A stretch of 64,000 bases of DNA from Bigelowiella natans CCMP2755. Lineage: Eukaryota; Protista; Cercozoa. The notes under the pieces were generated by a model, which ran no database searches, was not told the origin of the DNA, and saw only the letters and a list, made by a program, of their open reading frames with translations. The position numbers were made by a program, and so were the translations under genes. The DNA lies in the NCBI GenBank assembly GCA_000320545.1, contig ADNK01000140.1:1-64000 (forward strand). Direction: 5' to 3'. Shown here in pieces: positions 52,784 to 64,000 of this stretch (positions are counted from its first letter, which is position 1; each line of letters begins with the position of its first letter).

Positions 52784-53699
52784 ATGATTTATTTAAGTGC
52801 TGTGGCCGCTGCTCATTTGCACGTGTCACAGCATGTCTCATTGCAGTGGTGACAGGTGTCGCCGCAGCTACATGCGCTGCGCAGCTGCACATGTGTCAAT
52901 TGTTTGGCATTGTCGCATTGTCGTCCGGCAAATGCACGCCTCCACGTATGATAGATGTGCCGGATCGGAGAGCTTCGATTCCGGTGCTAAAAAGTTTCTG
53001 ATCATACAATCACAATGCGAAACCCTGCCCGGTACATGTGTGGGCGACGTGTACCCGTTCATTGCAGGGCGAGAAGCAACAGCCGTTTTACTCGTCACAC
53101 CTACAACTATAAGCACGTATCTACTAGTCTAGATATGTGCATACTTTTCTAGACATGTGTGTCGCTATCGCGATTATATTTATTTGTGCGCTACGCGTGC
53201 TGCGCGGCGCTGTTGAGCTGTAGTGTTTCATGTCGAACAGCAGCTCAATTGCTTAGCTTCTGTGTATATGCGCTTCATTGCTCGACCACACACAACTGTA
53301 GACCCACTTTACGGCACTTACGGTGCAATGCCATGCATTTATATAGTTCGGTTTCTTGTGCATGATCAATCATCAGCATTATTACATGCAATTTGCTATG
53401 CAATTTATAAATTTTTATTCGTGATACCAATGTTGGTCCCCACAACATTGCTAGATTGCGGTCATATAGATACATAAATGCTTTTATACGTAAAGAATCT
53501 GAGATGTATTTGCTGAATATCGTCAATGGAAATTTCGTTACTGCTGCTAAAGAATCCATTACCATGGATTCAATCCATAGAGAAAGGCCATAATTCGGAC
53601 GAGAAATAACGCGAAGATATTTTACTCTTTACCTAATATTGTTCGGATGAAGTTAGATTCAGCATGTGACATAAATGAATGATTTGCCACAATCACATA

Positions 53700-54844
53700 G
53701 AAACCACCTTCCTCAGCTACTTCGCACTTTTTTTTATCCTGCTGAAAAGCCTGGACAATGATATCAATCATGATTAGATTGATAGAAAGTAGCTTCATAT
53801 AATACTTCTCGCGTGACAAGCATACACACCATGGTTATACATTACAACTTCCACGTAACACCAGAAGATCACCATCTTTTGCCACGAGGCAAGAAGCATT
53901 GCTACACTAAAGAAGAAAACCACCTTTTTCATGCTCTCTACAAGATCCTCCAATTTTACTTCGTCGCCTAATATGTTACCAGGGAAGGGGGGGGGGGGGA
54001 AGACTAAGCAAAAGTATACAATGTTTACAGCCGTATGAACCATGAGTTTTTAATAATATTTCCTTTGTTGTGATCATGTCTACATGGTTCAATGTTTGTT
54101 TTATATAATTTTGTTGCTCTTCTTTCACGCCCTTATGCTGATTCGTATTCTTTACCCTTGTCATTTTCGTCACCCACTTTCCTCAAGTCCTTGACTTTGA
54201 CAGATTTCTGTGATGAAGAAAAAGAAGAAGAAGAAGAAGAAGGACAGATTTCTGTGAATAATAATAATAATAATGATAATAATAAAAGAATAAGGAAAAG
54301 ACCGAGGTGTGATGGTTAAAGATGGGCATAAGGAGGAGGAGGAGGAGGAGAGAGGACATATGAATGATCTACGTGATGTTCTTCAAGAGGGAAGGGAGGG
54401 TTGCATTCTCTTTTCCAGAAGGAAAGTGAGATGATAATAATAATACAACGCCCTTTCTCTCCTTCTTACACACGAGGGTTGTATTCTCTTTTCCAGAAGG
54501 AAAGTGAATGTATATCAATATGTAATATTACCAACAAAACACAAGTCGCGTGTAGTAGCGAGTAGGTAAAACACGAAGAAAGAATCATCGAGGACTAGTT
54601 TTTCATCATCATCATCATCATCATTATCATTATCATTATCCCACGACAACGACGACTAAATTGAGAGATTGGACAGCACCTTCTCCCATTCAGTAGGAGC
54701 AACAAGAACGATCCTCCTTGCTCCTGCTTTATCTGAAGAGTGGTGGTGGTGGTGGTGGTGGTGGTGGTGATTATGACGAACATCGAAACGATGAAGGGAA
54801 TATTTAGATTGTTTGATTGACATCAATCAAAAGCACCGACATTG

Positions 54845-54875
<31 letters not shown>

Positions 54876-55694
54876 CACTATTCCTACTACATGTACTGCT
54901 AAGGTACTACACTACCAGCGTATGAGAAGGCTTTTCGGACTTTCTTTTGAGGCTCCTACAAACAAACATCACATCCATGCAACGAACACAGTATCATTCA
55001 TATGTTATACTAGCCTTCATCATAAAATGCAATTATGATTAGATGTTATATATACATATATGTATATAAGCATGTAAGGATGTATCCGCGAGATGAAACG
55101 TAGATGGGTAGGAACTATCATACTACCGCTGTTTAATTTGTCCCTCCCTATTTCTCCAACCACTCTTCTTCCTTATTGTCATCATCATTATCATCATTCT
55201 CATTCTCATTCCCCCCCCCTCGGCTCACCAGTAACATCTCCACCGAAAACCCATTTTCTCTCAGCGTATTGGCCACCTATATATCAGCGGCGTTGTTGTA
55301 CGAGAATCAACACTTAGATAATGATGATCATCATAATATGTCTTCTTATTATTAAGAGAAAATAGAAGAAGAACAAGGAGGAGGAGGAGGAGGAGGAGGA
55401 GGAGGAGGAGAGGAAGAGGAGGGAGGAATCATACCGAGCATGCAGGTCCGTAGAGGTCATCATTGAAGGGTGCCACGACAAAATCAACCTGTGGTAGTAG
55501 ATGTACGTGTCACCATGAATAGCTTTGCCGACCAACAACTTTGTTTATTTAATGATTACAGGGACAAGTATCGATTATTGGTATAATTTACTAAAACTAC
55601 TATAGTGATGTGTCAACCCTCCGTTTCGTCTTCTCCACAACGCTTGGTAGCAGGTTAAGCTCCTGGTAATGATAACAGACAACAATGCAAATAA

Positions 55695-55727
<33 letters not shown>

Positions 55728-55735
55728 GAGTGGAG

Positions 55736-55769
<34 letters not shown>

Positions 55770-56820
55770 GAACAAAGTAAACAGGATCAACAAGAAATAG
55801 GAAAGGGAGATATATCCAGCAGAGAAAGTAAGAAAGAAAGAGAGAAAGAAAGAGAGAGTGAAAGAAATCAACAAGGGTGTAGATTAAGCTGCAGCAGCAG
55901 TAGTAGTAGCAGTAGCAGTAGATTCTTCTTCTTCTTCTTCTTCTTTCCAATGTCTTCTTGACTGTGTGGTTGAATGGCACTCATGTATCAATAGGCGTCG
56001 ATATTGTTGATACCTTTAAAAGCTCCATGATGACGCAATCACCAAAACCTTTCATTGATAGCAATCAATCATTCAATCATTTAACACAAGATGCAGTTGG
56101 TATTATTATGATTCATCGGACAATACAAGGCAGCTTGCACTCTTCAGTTTCATCACATACGCTCAGCAGTATATATAATCCACACCGATCGAACATGAAA
56201 TGCACAACCGCATGCCTAATCAGAAGTGGTAGAAGAGAGTAGTAGCATTACCAAATCCAACACAAGGAACTTCCTTTTGCGAGCCGTAGAGTGTCATCAA
56301 GCGGTCATATCGCCCCCCACCACATATTGCTCTACAATGATGATTTCATTTCATTTGATTTGATTTGATTCTCATGATTCAATGAAGACAATACGATTAT
56401 GATGACGGAAAGGGACAACTCATTTTTTCAAGATGACAAAAAATTTATGTATTGTAGGAGGAGGAGGAGGAGGAGTGGCAAACAGACCGAAGTTCTCCAC
56501 GTCTGTCAAAACACTCAAACACGATTCCAGTGTAGTAAGCTAGTCCTACTCGCAGCAGCAGCAGCAGCATCAAGAGTACAACGATGGAGAAACCGAGGAG
56601 GAGGAGGAGGAGGAGAAACGACACGAATGTATGAGAAGTGATGATGAGTCATTTATTATGATGATGTAGCATGGTAACGTACTGTTCTCGTCTCCTTTAT
56701 TATTATTATTATTACCTCTAACAACGGAGGCATCAAAGATTAGATAATCCTCAAACCCGTATGCTTTTGCACAACCTTAATATTTAACAAAATGCATTAT
56801 CATCAATCAATCTCTTAGAT

Positions 56821-56857
<37 letters not shown>

Positions 56858-57037
56858 GAAGAGAGAGAGAAACAGAGGGGTTGGTTCTTCTTACTGTTCG
56901 CATCTGCAATAGCGCTCACTGTTTGGGGCTTTATGAGGGTAGATTTATTTTATTGAGTGTAATTTATCATTACGAAAGAGCTGCTTCATTTCCTCGACTG
57001 CTGTCATATCAACCTAACAAGACAATCAAGCATTATC

Positions 57038-57068
<31 letters not shown>

Positions 57069-57627
57069 GGATGATGCTGGGGATAATACATTAGTAAACA
57101 GACCTTTCCTTCACAGAGCTTAGCCAGCTCATCGATGGATTTACACTTCATTGCATCAAGTATCATCTTGGCGCTCTCGACCGGAACCTAATAATAAAGA
57201 TGATGATGATGATGACAGCTGCAATTGTATAATGAACGATGGTGGGTTTATATCGTCGGCATCAGTAGCAGCATCATTATCATCATCATCATCAAAAATC
57301 ATCTATATCATCACTACATTTATATCCACATTTTAATATCAACATATGAACGACACCAACAACAATGAAGCGTGATTGATTTGCAGCATCCATCTCCTAT
57401 CCTCCTTCTTCTTTTCTTCTCTTGCAACTAGCACCACCACCAACACCTTCTTGTTCTTCAATTCCTCAGTGACGGCTTCAGGGCCAATTTTGTCCAATTT
57501 GTCAATGATAACACACACTGGTGCAAACATTTCCTTGGATACCTACAAGAACCACCATCACGCCATCATCATCATCATCAACAACAACAACATTGTCATC
57601 ATCACCACCTTCATTCTTATCATTGTG

Positions 57628-57659
<32 letters not shown>

Positions 57660-57730
57660 TGTAGTATTATGAGTCAAAAAGGTAAACAGACTTACCCCTG
57701 CTGCATGGACGATGGCACCAAGAACTTTCC

Positions 57731-57762
<32 letters not shown>

Positions 57763-60026
57763 GAATCAGTTTAAGAATAACGTCACATCATCATCACTTG
57801 ACTACCGATATGTGCTGCCGTCCTTTATCATCATCATCATTATCATTATCATTTTTATCATCATTATCATTATCTAGCAATATAGGTTCTACTTGTACTA
57901 CTTGTTCTACTACCTAGAGTTGATCTTTATGCCTACATCTTTACAGCCGATGCCCTTTGATGATGATAATGATGATGATGATGATGATAATGATGATGAT
58001 AATAATGATGATGATGATGATGATGTAGTAGTAGTAGTAGTGGTAGTAGTAAAAGAAGTAGTAGTGGTAGTAAGTCACCAAATACAGAAAGTTAGAAGAG
58101 GAAAAAGACAAAGATCGGTGAATGTGTATGTATGTATGTAGAAGACGAATGATGTATCTATCCCCCCCCCCCCCCCCCCTCTCTCTCTTTCTCTCTTCTT
58201 CTTACGAGATTGGTGAAGAATGTTGTAACGGCGGCTAGCAGCTCAAGCTCAGCAGTCACGCCTTTGTTGTGTATAAATGTGGAACCAACCGGCGAAGTTA
58301 GAAGGAAGAAAGAAAAAGAGGGAGGGAGGGAGAGAGAGAGTAACGAATCTCATCAGGAGGAAGGAAGAATATTCTCACATGTAATATCTCGCAGCAAATC
58401 CTCTCAGCAACAATAATAATAATTATAATAACAATAATAATTACATAGGTAGTAGTAATAATAATAATACTTTTACCTTCGACTCCCACAATATCCATGT
58501 TCCATTGGTAGTGCTCACGCTATTAGTAGATATAATAGGCTCATCATAAACAACCCACTTCGCAATCGTCATCATCAGATAATTATGATCGTGATCTTTA
58601 TTATTTTTTTCTTCTTTCATTCTTCTTCCACCTTCCTGCCTCTCTGCGTTGTTTCAAATCGCCAGCATTGAGGAATACTGAACCTAGATGAGATAAGGAG
58701 GAGGAATATATTTTTTGAGGAGAACAATAAAGACAACACTCCCCCAATTTAATTCTTTTCTAAAGGATGAGCCTCCCACCCATCCCAGGAAGACAAGAAC
58801 AGTGTATATATGCTGCACAAAAATAATATTAGAAAGGAGTATCACCTCCTCCTCCTCCTCCCCCCCCTCACCACCACCACTACCACCATTATTTATTACC
58901 ACTTCAGGGGCAGAAGATCTCGAATTTCTCCCGATTCGTCCATCTTTTTGAGGACCTGAAAGGGGAGATAACCAGAGCTCAGCACAAGGAGGCATATATG
59001 TGTACACACGGGAGGAGGAGAATAAGGAGGAGATGTGGACGCCATAATACTTGTCCATGTCCGACAGCTACAGCGGTACATTGATTCATCATCGATGTCA
59101 TTGATGTTGTTTAGTTCATAGCGATGACCATTCTTGCCAGGGTGGGAGTCATCTCTGGACGCAGTGTTACTTCTGCTCCTTCCTGAAAAGAAAGAATGGA
59201 TCAAACAGCATCATCATACTTGCGAAGGTGGAGGAAGAAGAAGAAGAAGTAGAAGAGGAAGTAAAAGGAGAGAGAGACAATGAAAAAGGTTGGGATGCAG
59301 TAGCGAGAATGGACCTTATCAATAAAATTGTACATTTGCTGTGTGATCTCCTCGCCAGCCTGGGAGAGAACAATGCAGAAGAAATTCATTAAAAATATTG
59401 ATGCTGCAGCAATGAACAAGTCAGATAGATGATGCTGTTGATGATGGTGGTGATGAGACGATTGTGATTATGAGAACAATTCCGTTCATGTACGATGATG
59501 ACTATGGAGCAGCGGCCAATGATTACTAACAAGAACCGCAGTGGTGGACTAAATATATAGCTATTCATTTCTTTTGCATGCACACTTCTTAATACTAGTG
59601 ACAATAATCCTAGCAATAGGAAAAGAATAGCACACCTTTCTTTTGTACAGTTCTGCGTGCTCGAGCACTGGCGCATCGTACTCTTGGAACCCAAAAGCCC
59701 TTGCAACCTCTAAGATAAGTGGAAAAGAAGGAGGAGGAGGAGGAGGAGAATGAGGAGGAGGAGGAATAACAACACTTCACGCACTTGCTCAGTGATCGCA
59801 TGACTGTCATCGTCATCATCATCATCACCATCATCATCAACATCGTCGTCGTCATTGTCATCACTATCTCTTCATGATTGAGTACTTTTCATCTCTCCAA
59901 AGAGCCAACTTTGGATCTGCAGGAAAGGAAAGGACGCATAGAGTAGTAGTAGTAGTAGTAGTAGTAGTATCACATTATCGAGCTGCTACATACAAAACAA
60001 GCTAAGCACGAGCTGCTGACTAATTA

Positions 60027-60063
<37 letters not shown>

Positions 60064-60391
60064 TATTATTATTATTACCGCGTAGTCTTCAGGGAAGAAA
60101 TCTCGAGTGCCGGAGGGGGGTTCAACCGATATAGCCTGCAAAGAGGGGGGGGGGAGAGGCAAAAAGGAGGAGGCGGAGGAGGAGGAGGAGGATGGATATC
60201 GACGACGATGATTCAATCGAAATTGAAAACACGGTCATTCCCATCAGCACCATTATTCTCAAGATACACAGATAGTCAGTAGTAGTAGTAGTATTCATAG
60301 TTGTAGTTGTACGTAGCGGTACCCCTCTAGATTTCTTCTCTTCCGAAGCAATCGATTTCTGAGAGAAAAGCATAGAGGGGGGACAAGACAA
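53700..60391 (-). CDS. hisS: Histidyl-tRNA synthetase, plant-organellar/bacterial type, about 20 exons
   Basis: Exons in order: [44 protein letters not shown]|[34 protein letters not shown]|[17 protein letters not shown]|[33 protein letters not shown]|[35 protein letters not shown], then the anticodon-binding domain. Both ends are approximate. Confidence 0.93.
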
Positions 60392-60449
60392 ATGATGGGC
60401 CTTTCGTATTACCAGGTATTACTACCTAGATCGATCTACGAGAAGATGT

Positions 60450-62090
60450 TATTTTCTCATTAAGAGAGAAGATACAACATATTGATGATTTGGGTTATCA
60501 TAAAATTTGAAATCCTGACAACACAACTTGCTTGTCCTCCCAAGCCATGGTGTGCAAGTGATGATTCATTATTCCGTAACTACGACACTACAGCAGTAGT
60601 ACAACTACGATTCTGACTTTGAGCAGCTGATCAAGAGCTTTTCCTAGCTTTTTCGCGCTCCTGTTATTATAAATCCATTAATCTACACTTATCATCATCA
60701 GAGCCTTTTGGTAAATGTTATCTTTCGCAATTGCAGCAGTACGATATCGGCTTGTACGTGGTTATTAGACATACCACTGTTTTTTGTCCAGGCTCAGCCT
60801 CTGTTGGATCTAAAACATGTGTTTGTTTTGTGTACCCCCACAAAGAAAAGAAGAAGAACAAGAACAAGAAGAAGAAGAATCATCATGTGTTCAAACACAA
60901 TTACATGAAGATTAATGGATATTCTATTCTTAAATACCTTCTGAGAAAACTCCGCCATTGCACCTTTCTGCTTCTTCATTGCCGCCTTTTGCTGTTTGTT
61001 GCCGGATGGACGGCAGAAGATGCAAACATACAATCAGTATATCGGTCTTACAGATACATCATCATTTTGATGGCTTGCTATTGTTTCTTTAAAACCTTCC
61101 CTTTTTCGGTAGGAATTCTCTCTCATGAGTGAAAGATGTTTGTTTTTTATGTTAAGAAACAGCAGGCTGCCTCTTCTTCCTTATTCACCCCTTTCCGTTA
61201 GGCTCTTCCTCTTCTCACCTCGTCTGTTGGTTTGCCTTTAAATTCCGGTGCCATGGCCTTGATCTCGGCATACTAGAAATCAGGTGACAACGACAACACA
61301 AGTATCTTCATCTAGTGTGGCGTTGGAATCAATCAAGATATTGTAGTGTTTAGATCCGTATGTGAAGCGAACAAATTGCGGCACAACTACCTCCTTCAAT
61401 TCTTCTGCTGAGAAGTTCAATGCATCAGCTCCTAAGAAGAAGACGTGATGTTCAAGCAAGAGGAGGAAGGAATGAGAAAAGATTGCGGAGACTATCGACG
61501 CATGGATTTCGAGATGGTCCTACATACAACCTTTCGATGCCTTGGCTTCTTTTATTGCCTTTTTTACTTGCCTGATATCTACCTTCTTCCCTGATGTTAA
61601 AATCGTATAGTAAGTATTGGTAGCAGGAGCGGTTCTAGTTGTGCGAATATTGTTGCTTTTAGTAGAATTGTATTCGCGACCCTCGAATGCCTTGCTGATG
61701 GAGTCGACAGGAATACTATCACCCTCTTTGATCTGGTGATTATTACGAAATACATGATGAATGTGTTGATTACAGATGTGATATTCTGACGGTGACAATG
61801 TGATTAGGATTGATGATTGTGATAATGAGGGTTGAAGATGACTCAGTAGCAATCGTTATTCGCTTAAAGGTGTGCACTAACAGATTTCAGCATATCACAA
61901 GCTGCAGTCGCCAACTTCTTTGGTAATTTGGAAGTAACCTTCAAGTACATTTAAACAGTCAATTTAGATCAGAATGCTGATGCTTCTGCTCCGTGTTCAT
62001 TCGTTACCTCCTTGGCGAATTTGTACCCTATTTCGCCCTTGTCTTCCTTGTCCAATTCTTTGATGATTTTACTGGCGTCAGCCCCCATGA
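60450..62090 (-). CDS. Lys-rich soluble protein (~180 aa) with an EF-hand-like N-terminal segment; may be a separate gene or the N-terminal part of the HisRS gene
   Basis: Phase-consistent exons: MGADASKIIKELDKEDKGEIGYKFAKE|VTSKLPKKLATAACDMLKS|IKEGDSIPVDSISKAFE|GKKVDIRQVKKAIKEAKASK|GADALNFSAEELKE|YAEIKAMAPEFKGKPTDE|QKAAMKKQKGAMAEFSQK|IQQRLSLDKKQW|SAKKLGKALDQLLK. Confidence 0.6.
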
Positions 62091-62730
62091 CTACTTGATG
62101 TTATTATTACTTGCTTCTCAGGTTGATGCGGAGAGAGGTCAGAGCACTCGCGGCACTAGCGAAAGTTCGGCTCGAAATTTCCAGTGATTGTCAGACATAC
62201 GTGTTATTATTGGCACATTATTATGTACTGAAATCCAACCCATTTATGTCCTACGACAACATACACTTAGATGGATGCAGAGAACTGCTCGGTGATTTTA
62301 AGTTCGATGTTTTACCGATGAAAAGAGCTCACTTCTACTACTAGGAAACACTACTAGCTCAAAACAATCATAATAATGCGGATATACAGATGGATGCATG
62401 TTAGATTTTTACAGATAAAAATAGCTCATTTATTTCATCGGAATGATCTGCAGCCTCAAAACCAACCTAATAATACGGATTGATAGATGGATTAGTGTCA
62501 GATGTTTTGCCGATAAAAATAGCTCCTTTATGTCATCGGAATGATTCTACTGCTGCCTGGTAGACTACTACCTCAAAACCCGTTAGAGAAGATGGGATAG
62601 AATGGTGGGCGGAAGGATGGAGCACTCATGGAGAATCTTACGACTAGAAGACAGGTTGCAGGTCATGGGGCTGCATAGGTCATAGAGCCTTGCCATTGGA
62701 TATGGTAAAGGACTCGTGTGAAGCAAGAAA

Positions 62731-64000
62731 ATGAGGCGATTCGATAAGACTACCGAGGATGTGGCCAGCTCCAAATTTGCTGCTATGGTCTTCTTCGCTG
62801 TAGTCTTCTGCTTTGCCTTGTCTCTTGGCACTCCACGTGCCCGTCATGCAAAGCTAAAGAGTGCAATTATAGAACTGCCACCGTTCTTAAACGGTTTCAA
62901 GGTTAAGCTTAGCCTATGAGATGGAAAGAAAGGGGAGTTTTTATACATTTTCCATTCTCACTAGTTGTCCATTTTTGCAGCCAGAGAAGATGAAGACTGG
63001 GGACGCTCGAGTCACCCTTGTTCGTAACATAAACTCTCCCGACCCTTGGGATTATGACCCCCCCGCTGGTTGTTTTTCGTGAGATCTGTTTCTACCCTTC
63101 TAAGCCTTGCTAACGTACAGAGAAATCCTTCTCCTCCTGTGCAGTTCTGATATCGTCTACAATCATCTTCCCAGGGGTCGCTCCCACCCCAGCACCAAAG
63201 CGAAGACCAGAGGAACAATGGGTTCCCCTTTTTGGAACCAATATTTCGGTGCCTCCCGGTAAGAACGTACATCCTCGCAGCATTGTAAGCTTATACCAAT
63301 ATCACGACGTTTCGGACTCAGACTTCCACGGAAAATTCAAGGGAGAATTTCTAACCCCTCCACATCTTGAAAAAGTAAGGATATTCTCAGTTTATGATTC
63401 ATTTAATTGCATGTTCGTATTTTACTGTCTTTAGGACTGCAGCATGCATTTGTATAGTACAAACCTAAATAATCTATTTGGCACTATTATTACAATATAT
63501 ATTCTTTGAATTCTAAATTGAAGTATATGTGTACAACTGAATAAATGGCAAATAAAAGGCGCAACAAGCATATGAGGATCCCAGGAACTATTTAGAGGCT
63601 GTCAACTTCACAATTGCCAATGTCATAGAAACTGGAATGGTAGTTCGCATCATCACGATGTGGTTGTTGTTTTTGTTGTTGTTGTAGGATTGCTGTTTGC
63701 TGCTGCTGCTGATACTACTGCACCATCTGCAAAGCAGTAAGCTTTCACATCATAATTCTTATAACCATCTCAGGTCGAAATTCAGGGAAAGAACTATAGG
63801 TTTGCGAGTTTTAGCATGTTATGAAGAAGCTGGAGAAGAGAGGGAGTAGCTGATCTTCTATACCTTCTCCACTATTCTGACTTTGTTCCTTAGCATTTGG
63901 GATGGGCTTGACCCCAAGTATGCTGCACACCTCAAGGAGAAAATGTAAATGTGAAGTAGATATATCAGTTATGGGATCTCTCTTTCTACCCCTTCTTTAG
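62731..64000 (+). CDS. Type II membrane or secreted protein of unknown function; continues beyond the window
   Basis: MRRFDKTTEDVASSKFAAMVFFAVVFCFALSLG, then spliced exons PEKMKTGDARVTLVRNINSPDPWDYDPPA|VLISSTIIFPG...EFLTPPHLEK|AQQAYEDPRNYLEAVNF. Confidence 0.65.

Larger units (their letters stand above)
51740..53400. other. Palindrome-rich spacer G between convergent 3' ends
   Basis: TG/CA/CG-rich. Contains the possible LINE remnant and the 83-bp duplication listed separately. Confidence 0.65.

Noticed and set aside
27-60391. Many 60-235 aa ORFs with poly-L/S/H/Y/D/E or SLSL/HTHT/YIYI runs (e.g. 27-305, 9911-10618, 12586-12807, 55575-55874)
   Set aside because: They are translations of intronic microsatellites; at most they contain short real exons already assigned to genes.
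62080-62645. Nucleomorph-like 17-22 nt micro-introns (e.g. GTAAGATTCTCCATGAG at ~62625-62641, minus strand)
   Set aside because: They can be drawn, but reading phase is not consistently restored and all well-supported introns here are much longer.
1-64000. Endogenous giant virus, virophage or Polinton insertion
   Set aside because: No capsid, packaging ATPase, pPolB or integrase motifs, no terminal inverted repeats, and no gene-dense intronless block.
1-64000. tRNA, rRNA or telomeric arrays
   Set aside because: No cloverleaf with T-loop consensus, rRNA signature or tandem TTAGGG-type array was found by eye. Small ncRNAs could have been missed.

Overview
Eukaryotic nuclear DNA with GT-AG spliceosomal introns and very dense microsatellites. 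No rRNA, tRNA, CRISPR or viral hallmark genes were seen. Two products carry signal peptide plus transit-peptide-like leaders, and there is a plant-organelle-type HisRS, which suggests an alga with a secondary plastid such as a chlorarachniophyte (inference). About 14 genes were assembled by hand. Recognisable ones are an HCF164/TxlA-like thioredoxin, an intronless HpxO-type FAD urate hydroxylase ending in the peroxisomal signal SKL, a C2-WW-PDZ scaffold, a small LIM protein, an Hsp70-like protein with no substrate-binding domain, TGS1, an intronless acyltransferase-3 and HisRS. The rest are unknown, mostly membrane proteins. Genes mostly form tight head-to-head pairs. Their 3' ends run into 0.4-1.7 kb spacers rich in CATG/CTAG/TGCA palindromes, one of which shows direct signs of CpG decay and a possible LINE remnant. 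Most short ORFs in the supplied track are microsatellite artefacts. Exon boundaries were read by eye and need RNA-seq confirmation.
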